Shown: piece after piece, positions 47,837 to 55,288 of the stretch
Numbering within the stretch: position 1 is the stretch's first letter
How the letters are laid out: each line of letters opens with the position of its first letter
NCBI GenBank assembly: GCA_937921695.1
Contig: CAKZTZ010000007.1
Location: 49,719 to 113,718, forward strand
Length of the DNA: 64,000 nucleotides
Source of the DNA: an uncultured Sulfolobales archaeon
GTDB lineage: Archaea; Thermoproteota; Thermoprotei_A; Sulfolobales; Acidilobaceae
Reading direction: 5' to 3'
Made by a program: the position numbers and the translations under genes
Notes under the pieces: generated by a model
Databases searched by the model: none
Told to the model about the DNA's origin: nothing
What the model saw: the letters and a program-made list of their open reading frames with translations, nothing else

Positions 47837-49180
47837 ATGAGTGTGACGAGAGACTTAGCGGATTTCGTCGTCAACACGAGTTATGAAGACCTTCCGGGGG
47901 AAGTCATAGAGCGTGCAAAACTTTGTATTTTAGACTGGCTTGGCTGCGCCTTAGCCGGTTCATTGGAGCCTCCAGCTAAAATAATAACTTCGATTATAGA
48001 GAAAACTGGAGGAAGGGAGGAATCCACTGTAATTGGTACGCGTGTAAAAACTTCCTCTATGAATGCAGCGTTGGCTAACGGAATATTTGGGCATGCTGTT
48101 GAATTGGATGATATACATGAAACGGCCATCATTCACCCGGCAGCACCAGTCCTCCCGGCAGCTTTAGCTGTTGCTGAGCATGTAAATGCGGGAGGTCAAG
48201 ATTTTATAACATCGGTTGTTCTAGGTTACGAGGTTGGGATAAGAGTTGGGATGGCTATAAACCCTTCACACTACCAGTTTTGGCATACCACCGGTACTGC
48301 TGGTACTTTTGGAGCTGCCGCTGCGGCGGGGAAAATTCTAGGTTTAAACATTGAAGAAATGGTGTACGCCTTGGGAATCGCCGGGACACAGGCAGCCGGC
48401 TTAATTGAGGTTTTTGGGACTATGAGTAAACCTTTCAATGCAGGAAAGGCTGCTGAAAATGGAGTCTGGGCCGCACTATTAGCTAAGGAGGGCTTTACCA
48501 GCTCAAGATCTATACTTGAGGCTGAGAAGGGATATTGTAGGGCTGCCGCCAGGGAGTGCGACCTCAACAGAATAACTGAAAACTTAGGAAGGGAATTTGA
48601 AATAATGAATAACATCTTTAAGATCCACGCCTCATGCGGTCACACACACGGCGCTATTGATGCTGTTATCCAGTTATCTAAAGAGCAAGGCATTAAACCT
48701 GAAGATGTTGATAGGATTGTGGTGAGAACATATCCTATTGCTGTTGATGTTGTCGGCAAAAACTATGAACCAAAGACAGCCCCCGAGGCAAAGTTCAGTC
48801 TACCCTACTGTTTAGCGGTTGCGCTAATTTATGGTAAGGTTGGTCTAACAGAGTTCTCTGAAGAGAAGCTGCGCGATCTAAAAATCCGGAAACTTTCAAA
48901 AAGAGTCACAGTCATGGTTGACCCGGAATATACTAGTGCTCGATTAGGGCCCGCCAAGGTTACCCTGTACACTATAGATGGGAAGGAGTTTACGTGCCGT
49001 GTAGATATTCCAAAGGGTTATCCCAAGAACCCGGTAACTAGAGAGGAGCTTGAGGGAAAATTCGTAGACCTAGCCTCTCTTGTATTACCTAGTGAGAGAG
49101 TTAAGGAAATCGCAAGGACTGTAAATAGCTTAGAAAAACTCGACAGGATAACGTTTCTAGCCGATCTTCTACGTAAATGA
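47837..49180 (+). CDS. MmgE/PrpD-family protein (2-methylcitrate dehydratase / cis-aconitate decarboxylase superfamily)
   Basis: 447 aa with the N-terminus LADFVVNTSYEDLPGEVIERAKLCILDWLGCALAG, plus HAVELDD and FKIHASCGHTHGAIDA. It is preceded by the SD-like aaggaggaag. Confidence 0.85.
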   Translation: MSVTRDLADFVVNTSYEDLPGEVIERAKLCILDWLGCALAGSLEPPAKIITSIIEKTGGREESTVIGTRVKTSSMNAALANGIFGHAVELDDIHETAIIHPAAPVLPAALAVAEHVNAGGQDFITSVVLGYEVGIRVGMAINPSHYQFWHTTGTAGTFGAAAAAGKILGLNIEEMVYALGIAGTQAAGLIEVFGTMSKPFNAGKAAENGVWAALLAKEGFTSSRSILEAEKGYCRAAARECDLNRITENLGREFEIMNNIFKIHASCGHTHGAIDAVIQLSKEQGIKPEDVDRIVVRTYPIAVDVVGKNYEPKTAPEAKFSLPYCLAVALIYGKVGLTEFSEEKLRDLKIRKLSKRVTVMVDPEYTSARLGPAKVTLYTIDGKEFTCRVDIPKGYPKNPVTREELEGKFVDLASLVLPSERVKEIARTVNSLEKLDRITFLADLLRK

Positions 49181-49712
49181 ATACCGTTAACAGCTCAAAC
49201 AACATAATTGACCTGGAGGAGGCTTTAAAGATTATTAACGCCTTCAAGGTGCATTCTAAAGTCGGGAAGAGCTGATAGCCGCCATGAATATTACTAAAAA
49301 CCTTGCTAGAACACCAAGAAAACGACCTTGTTAATCATGGGAGAATGTTAAACCATATTATTATAGTTAACACGATGTGACAGCCGCTAACTGTTGAAAC
49401 CTTTTGGGGGAAACCGGGGTTCAACAAGCTTGAGATAATCGGTGGATAGTTTATTATTTAAATCGTGGGACCCTAACCAGCTTCATAAAGATTGTAGAGC
49501 TACATACAGAAGGAAAGAAATATCTAACTTTATACTATACAGAAAAAGTATGTGCCATCAAAACTAACTAAAAATTATCCATGACAACTCTGATCTCACT
49601 CTTTAAATACTCTTTATGATGGCGTCATAGAAGGTTTCTGGAAAAAGTTAGAGGCTAGAAGCATATCTAGAATTAATATTGGGAATGCTACTTTTACTTA
49701 TGCCGATAACCA

Positions 49713-50627
49713 TCACATATCAGCATTAGATTTTAAGGCCGTCCTTTTAATGATTATCTCATAGGTCATCAGTATTTCCTTAGCTATCTTATATGTGGCC
49801 TCATCAATCATCCTTCCCTCAACAGAGATGGCGCCCAAGCCTATTGCTTTAGCCTTCTCATAAGCTTCAACTATCTTCTTAGCTAAGTTAACGTCTTTCT
49901 CTGAGGGGGAGAAGATTTGATTAATGGGCTCAATATGCGCCGGGTGGATGCACATCTTGCCTTTAAATCCTAAGCTCAACGCTATTCGGGATTCTTTAAT
50001 TAACCCTTCTTTATCCGTTATAAGGCCAAGGAATGGAGTATCTATAGCTGGAACTTCAGCTAATCTCGAAGCTAACGCTATACGTGATCTGGCGTAGAGG
50101 ATTTCAGTTTGTTCAGGGGATAGGGAGAAATAACTTAGCCCGAGATCACGCATGTAATCAGCAGCCCCGAATCCTACGGCGATCAAGCGTTCACTCGCTG
50201 TGACTATTTCATTTACGTTCAAGACCCCCCTAGCGCTCTCAATGAGAGGAATTATTCCAGTTTCGGCTAATCTTTTTTCCCTCTCCTCACTCTCTATAAG
50301 TTTCTCTAGTTTCGAAACATCGTCTCTTGATTCTGATTTGGGGAGCATGATGGCGTCAACGCCTTCCTGGACGGCAAACTTGAGGTCTTCTCGTGTTAGG
50401 CCTGTGGTTAGCCCGTTTACTCTAATAACAACATTGTGGCCAGCTTCTTTTAATAATCCAATAGCGTCTTTAACGAGCCATCTAGCCGTCTCTTTCTCCT
50501 CCATGGGAACAGCGTCTTCCAAGTCCAGTATAATAGCGTCTGGTTTCTCTTCTTTAGCGCTCTGAATAAACCTCCAGTTGTTTGCGGGAACGAAGAGCAT
50601 GGACCTAAGTGGTTTTAATCGACCCAT
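49713..50627 (-). CDS. citE: CitE/HpcH-family acyl-CoA lyase (citryl-/malyl-/citramalyl-CoA lyase type)
   Basis: RSMLFVPANNWRF, IILDLEDAVP, and IPLIESARGVLNVNEI...GFGAADY. Confidence 0.85.
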   Translation of the reverse strand: MGRLKPLRSMLFVPANNWRFIQSAKEEKPDAIILDLEDAVPMEEKETARWLVKDAIGLLKEAGHNVVIRVNGLTTGLTREDLKFAVQEGVDAIMLPKSESRDDVSKLEKLIESEEREKRLAETGIIPLIESARGVLNVNEIVTASERLIAVGFGAADYMRDLGLSYFSLSPEQTEILYARSRIALASRLAEVPAIDTPFLGLITDKEGLIKESRIALSLGFKGKMCIHPAHIEPINQIFSPSEKDVNLAKKIVEAYEKAKAIGLGAISVEGRMIDEATYKIAKEILMTYEIIIKRTALKSNADM

Positions 50628-50638
50628 ATTATAGCCCC

Positions 50639-51535
50639 CTATTTCCTAAGTATTTTAGCTGCGGTTAAGGCCAATTCTTGAGGTTTGCCGACCACATAAG
50701 CCCCCGCGTCTCTAAGGGCTTTTTCTTTAATTTCAGCGGTGTCTCTTCTACGTTGAACAATCGCGCTGGCGTGCGAGAATCTGATGCCACTAGGTAATGT
50801 TCTTCCAGCAATATAAACTACAAGCGGCTTCGTATATTTGCCCTCTTTAATTACTTCTGCAACCTCGCTTTCCATAACTCCACCAATTTCTCCAAATAGC
50901 ACAACAAGGTCTGTTTCAGGATCTTTTTCGAAAAGCTCCAGATATTCAGCAGCAGTTGTGCCCACAATTACTTCAGTCCCTGTGTGAACAGCAGTACTTA
51001 TTCCTAAACCCTGCCTGGATATAGTCCATGAGACTGTAGTTACTTGCCCCCCGCTTCTCGATATTACACCTACATGTCCAGGCTTAAACGCTTCTCTCGC
51101 AAGCTCCTTCGCACCTCCAATCCAGCCGCACAAAGCTTTCCCAGGGCTGATGATTCCTAGAGATCCGGGACCAATTATCCTAGCGCCTTTCTCCTTAGCT
51201 CTGGCTATGATTTCCAAAATGTCATGTAATGGAACTCGCTCAACAGGCATCACTAAAGTCTTTATTCCAGCCTCTAAGGCTTCTATAGCAGCACTTTTAA
51301 CTAGTGGGGCTGGAACAAATGTTGCGCTCATATCTATAGGCCCATGTTCCTTAACAGCTTCCTTAACAGTATTATATACCGGCACACCCCAGACCCGCTC
51401 GCCTCCACGGCCGGGGGTAACCCCTGCAACAACTTTTGTACCATATTCAACCATGAGCCTGGTGGCGAACTCTCCTGTTCTACCCGTTATACCTTGCACG
51501 AGCACAGTGGTTTTCTCATCTATGATTATAGCCAT
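50639..51535 (-). CDS. Succinyl-CoA synthetase alpha-like subunit (CoA-binding and phosphohistidine domains), divergent
   Basis: It is collinear with SucD: VLVQGITGRTGEF, GVTPGRGG and VISRSGG. The active-site His is in FSHASAIV (SucD has GHAGA), and HTGTEV sits where SucD has GIGGDP. Confidence 0.8.
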   Translation of the reverse strand: MAIIIDEKTTVLVQGITGRTGEFATRLMVEYGTKVVAGVTPGRGGERVWGVPVYNTVKEAVKEHGPIDMSATFVPAPLVKSAAIEALEAGIKTLVMPVERVPLHDILEIIARAKEKGARIIGPGSLGIISPGKALCGWIGGAKELAREAFKPGHVGVISRSGGQVTTVSWTISRQGLGISTAVHTGTEVIVGTTAAEYLELFEKDPETDLVVLFGEIGGVMESEVAEVIKEGKYTKPLVVYIAGRTLPSGIRFSHASAIVQRRRDTAEIKEKALRDAGAYVVGKPQELALTAAKILRK

Positions 51536-51544
51536 ATTACCACC

Positions 51545-53158
51545 TCAAATAAGCTCCCCATACTTTCTTCTAAACTCTTCCAGGCCGCGAACCGGGAGTT
51601 CAACAGTTATCGCCTTTCCTCCATATAGCTCGCATACCACCTCACATGCTAGGCACTCGTTACAAGTTCTTTTAAGCTCTTCAGGACTTCCTGTTAAGGC
51701 GATTTTCCCGCCAACTATTCTTAAGCACGGCCTTCCATACCACCTATCCGCCTTCACACATGCAAAACCACATTTAGGCGCGATACACTTGCTGAGGTCG
51801 ATGAACACCTTACCGGTCTGAGTTTCAAAAGATAAATATTCTTTGGGGCTAATGATCCGCTCTTCTTCTAGGAGAACGCTGGGGCCGCCTATCCGCTCTT
51901 TTTCCCTTCTATACTCCTCTACTAATGCTATCATTCTATCAGCGATAAAATCCACATCATATATGTGGTCACGTCCATAGAGTTCCCAGCGTAACGGTAA
52001 ATCCCTTAATCCTTCCCTTATAATCCTATGAGTTTCACGCTCTTTATTTCCAGCTATTAATATTAAGACTGGAAAACCAGGTCTTTTCTTAGCCTCTTCT
52101 CTAAACGCCTTTACAATGGCATAGGCGTGATACCACTGTTCTTGGTTAGCAAGAACCGCTCCAGCTAAGCAGTAGCCCTCAATCCCGGGAATCGAAAGTA
52201 TGAGCTTTACGACCCTGTAGACTTTTGATGCAGCGGGATTCCCGCTAGTATCCACATAGGTGGCTAGCTTAAGCCCCTTTCGCATTAAAGCGTCAGCTGC
52301 AAGCATAGCTGCGCCCCCGCCTATGCCATGAAAAGCTATGTAGCCCCCTTTTCTTATCTCATCAATATTAGGGTTTAGCTGTACAAAATAGCTGACCCCC
52401 CTATAGTCTCCCTCCTCTATCTCCTTCCATGCGGTAATCTCAAGCTCCATAGGAGGCCTCATCATATCGCGGGGTACCTCTATTTTAAACTCGGGATGGC
52501 GGAACACGGAATTATCGTCTATTGTTATTCTGCAGTCTCCTGCAACCAACCGCCCCTCCCTAGTTAAAATGATCGGATTTATCTCTACTACACTGGCATC
52601 TGTTTTCACAAACACTTCATATAGTTTGCAAGCAATATTACTTAGCAAATCTACCGTATTATGTGGAACTTCAAGCTTTGATACTAGCCTTTGCGCGTCG
52701 GGAAGCTGGAGTCCACGAAGGTAGTCTATATCTATTGAAGATATTTTTTCCGGATATTTCTCCGCCACCTCCTCTACATCCACACCTCCCTCAGTGCTGA
52801 ATAGAATGGTTGGGCCCTTAACCTTGTAGGAGTCGTTAACGATTATGCTTAGGAAGAATTCCTTTTCCACATCGAGCCTCTCTTCTACCAAGACTTTCTC
52901 TACCTTCAAACCTCTAATTTCTCCCCCTAACATTTCCCATGCTATACTTTCAGCCTCCTGAGGGGAATCTGCAAACTTTATTCCACCAGCCTTAAACCGA
53001 CCAGTAGTCAAAACTTGCGCCTTAATCACAACAGGTTTGCCGATTCTCTCAGCTATCTTCATAGCTTCATGCGGGGTGGACGCTACCTCGCCTTCAGGAA
53101 CGGGGATACCAACGCTTTTAAGCAAATTTTTACATTGATACTCATATAATCGGACCAT
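51545..53158 (-). CDS. Succinyl-CoA synthetase beta / ATP-citrate-lyase-beta-like ATP-grasp subunit fused to a C-terminal ~95-aa 8-Cys ferredoxin-like domain
   Basis: ATP-grasp start YEYQCKNLLKSVGIPVP...VVIKAQVLTTGR and IAFHGIGGGAAMLAADAL. The C-terminal extension reads FIDLSKCIAPKCGFACVKADRWYGRPC...CNECLACEVVCE. Confidence 0.8.
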   Translation of the reverse strand: MVRLYEYQCKNLLKSVGIPVPEGEVASTPHEAMKIAERIGKPVVIKAQVLTTGRFKAGGIKFADSPQEAESIAWEMLGGEIRGLKVEKVLVEERLDVEKEFFLSIIVNDSYKVKGPTILFSTEGGVDVEEVAEKYPEKISSIDIDYLRGLQLPDAQRLVSKLEVPHNTVDLLSNIACKLYEVFVKTDASVVEINPIILTREGRLVAGDCRITIDDNSVFRHPEFKIEVPRDMMRPPMELEITAWKEIEEGDYRGVSYFVQLNPNIDEIRKGGYIAFHGIGGGAAMLAADALMRKGLKLATYVDTSGNPAASKVYRVVKLILSIPGIEGYCLAGAVLANQEQWYHAYAIVKAFREEAKKRPGFPVLILIAGNKERETHRIIREGLRDLPLRWELYGRDHIYDVDFIADRMIALVEEYRREKERIGGPSVLLEEERIISPKEYLSFETQTGKVFIDLSKCIAPKCGFACVKADRWYGRPCLRIVGGKIALTGSPEELKRTCNECLACEVVCELYGGKAITVELPVRGLEEFRRKYGELI

Positions 53159-53185
53159 GAAACTATCACCCCTAGATATAGAGCT

Positions 53186-53195
53186 TTTTAAAAAG
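53186..53195 (-). promoter_or_regulatory. A/T box (tttttaaaaa) about 30 nt upstream of the operon start at 53158, with an SD-like GGGGTGA (rc of 53167-53173)
   Basis: Read on the minus strand: ...ctttttaaaaagctctatatctaggggtgatagttcATG. Confidence 0.3.
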
Positions 53196-53663
53196 TAAGG
53201 TTTTATTTTTATTTATGCATTCCAAAACTGAATATGTCAAGGTATTGAGGGAAGTCGAACGAGTCTAGAAGCTTCAGCATGGTTGCGCGTGTCTTTTCCC
53301 CTCTTGTACATGCTTGGGCGCGGGCTCTCTACACCTAACCACTGTCCATGAGCTCGCTTGGGGCTCTATACATTTAGCTAGTGTCTTCACGATAATAGGG
53401 TTAAAATTATTTTAGAAGCATTGCCGATAACCGTTATCGGGATAACGCTTACTATAACAGCCTAGCCCTTTAAGAACAACTAAATTTAATCAATACCTTA
53501 TCATGTAGAGTTACATTAGCTCGCTTATTACCTTCAACGTTCAATAGGGCCTCTTACGTGCTCAAGAGAAAGCTTTTGTATCCATCAGTATTTTAAAGAT
53601 CTTGAGGCTCTCCTCAAATTTCTCCAGTAGTTCGGACAGTTTAAGAACCTGTGTTACTTGAGG

Positions 53664-53740
53664 TGGCGCTCCAAGAGGGGGATTTGAACCCCCGACCACC
53701 CGGTCTTCAGCCGGGCGCTCTCCCGCTGAGCTATGGTGCT
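53664..53740 (-). pseudogene. tRNA-Phe-derived pseudo-tRNA / att-like remnant
   Basis: The 57-nt core (53677-53733), from the D-arm through the GAA anticodon arm to the T-arm, is 100% identical to the intact tRNA-Phe at 57004-57078. The flanks (5' AGCACCA; 3' UCUUGGAGCGCCA) cannot form a 7-bp acceptor stem. Confidence 0.6.
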
Positions 53741-53882
53741 CTCTCATCTGCTTTAAGAGAGTAGGAAATATAAAGTTTCAACTTGTTTGGGTTTATGCTT
53801 CTAGTGATGGAAAAATGAATAGTCCTTGATTAAGCTAGAAGTGCATCAGCGTTAAAACCTTCATACGCTTATAAAGGGAAAG

Positions 53883-54353
53883 ATGGCGTTTGTGAGGGAG
53901 TTATACTTTGAAGACCTCCCTGTGGGGTTCAAATATAGGAGCCCGTATGGTAGAACTATTACCGATGTGGATAATATTTGGTTTACTCTTTTAACTAACA
54001 ATGTTAACCCTATACATTTTGATAAGGTCTACGTTGAGAGGAATTATGAGGGCGAGTCTTTCCACGGGAGGCCAGTCGTCAATGGCCTACTAACTCTAGC
54101 TATTGTCACGGGACTTACTACTGAACTCTCAGCTAGAGGCTTCATGGTAGGGCTTGAAAACGTGAGATGGCTTAGCCTCGTATTCTCAGGAGATACTTTA
54201 ACAGGTGAGTGTGAAGTAGTAGAAGCTAGGCCCTCCAAGAGCAGACCGGAATACAGCATTATCAGGTTAAAGACTAAAAGATATAACCAGAAAGGGGAGG
54301 TTGTAATGGAGTTCGACAAGATAATAATGGTCCCTAGGAGGGCTGGAGGTTGA
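53883..54353 (+). CDS. MaoC-like hydratase, copy B
   Basis: 156 aa, about four-fifths identical by eye to copy A (YFEDLPVGFKYRSPYGRTITDVDNIWFTLLTNNVNPIHFDKVYVERNY...). Confidence 0.75.
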   Translation: MAFVRELYFEDLPVGFKYRSPYGRTITDVDNIWFTLLTNNVNPIHFDKVYVERNYEGESFHGRPVVNGLLTLAIVTGLTTELSARGFMVGLENVRWLSLVFSGDTLTGECEVVEARPSKSRPEYSIIRLKTKRYNQKGEVVMEFDKIIMVPRRAGG

Positions 54354-54415
54354 GAAGAAGCCTCCTTTATACCCCGGCTAACAACGAGAAAATGCTTAGG
54401 AAAGCCCCTACACTT
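53904..54415 (+). repeat. Direct repeat copy B (maoC-like CDS plus the start of the citE pseudogene)
   Basis: See copy A (46800..47295). Confidence 0.8.
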
Positions 54416-55239
54416 GGAGCTGATGTCCTAATAGTAGATCTCAAAGATGCTGCTCTTAGAGTTTAAGGGGAGGCTAGAGCTTTAATTGGGAGACTATTTA
54501 GAGACCCTGGGTATGTTGAGAGTTTGAAGGGAGTCAAGGAAGTATGTGTAAGGGTTAATAGTCTATCGAGCCCTGAGGGGCTCAGAGATTTAGCCTTAAT
54601 AGTAGAACTGGAGAGAGTAAACTGTATAGTTGTGCCTAAAGCTGAAGGGGGCATACCATTCCTCTATAAAGCTACAGGTAAAAGATTGATTGCCATAGTG
54701 GAGACGCTAAAGGTCTCATCAGGGTAGAAGATATAGTGGCTTCCGAGGGCATCGAAGCTATAGCCCTTGGTATTGCAAATTTAGCTTTAAGCCTTAAGGG
54801 ATCTAGGGAGGCCTACGAGAATAACCTCTACATTAGAACTCTCATAGCAGCTGCCGCCAGGGCTTACGGCCTAGACCTATAGACAAGGTTTACTTTAAAG
54901 TTGACGATGCCGAAGGTTTCAAAGCTGAAGCCTTAGAAGCTAGAGCACTCGGCTATTCAGGCAACAAGTAATACACCAGGTTGAAATAGCTAGTAAAATA
55001 TTCAACCCAACACGGGAGGAAATAGGGTGGGCTAGAGAAGCGTGAGAGTATACGAAGAACCAGTTAAAAGCTGGTGGGGAGCTGTGAGATACAAAGGTGA
55101 GCTTATAGACCACGTTCACTACAAGATAGCCAGAAGAATCCTAGAAACGTTAAAACTTAACTCGCACCTTTTTCATGCTGAAAGAAGATTTAAGCCTCAT
55201 AGACTCAAAATCTCTCATTTCAGCATTCTCTCTTACTGA
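54350..55239 (+). pseudogene. citE: Disrupted citE-family lyase gene (in-frame TAA at 54464-54466 plus at least three frameshifts)
   Basis: Stitching frames by eye gives LRRSLLYTPANNEKMLRKAPTLGADVLIVDLKDAALRV*GEARAL...VVPKAEGG...IAIVETLKG / LIRVEDIVASEGIEAIALGIANLALSL...AAAARAYGLDL / IDKVYFKVDDAEGFKAEALEARALGYSGKQVIH / EIASKIFNPTREEIGWA / VYEEPVKSWWGAVRYKGELIDHVHYKIARRILE. This is collinear with the intact CitE at 49713..50627. The TTG start overlaps the maoC-B stop. Confidence 0.75.
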
Positions 55240-55288
55240 AACCTATCAAGGTCTCCCCCTACTATAACGTTTACTCTAGGAATTCAAT

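Larger units (their letters stand above)
47296..53663. other. Compositionally foreign segment (probable horizontally acquired metabolic island)
   Basis: The genes here use CGN Arg, AAA Lys, GAA Glu and ATT Ile codons. Flanking genes (for example mcm) use almost only AGG/AGA, AAG, GAG and ATA. There are three long AT-rich non-coding stretches (47250-47836, 49181-49712, 53159-53663). Confidence 0.5.

Noticed and set aside
53562-53747. 61-aa minus-strand ORF
   Set aside because: It reads straight through the tRNA-Phe-like core. I considered a split SSV-type integrase N-terminal fragment reading through att, but the continuation (..LKLSELLEKFEESLKIFKILMDTKAFS*) stops after 33 codons and I saw no integrase motifs in any downstream frame.
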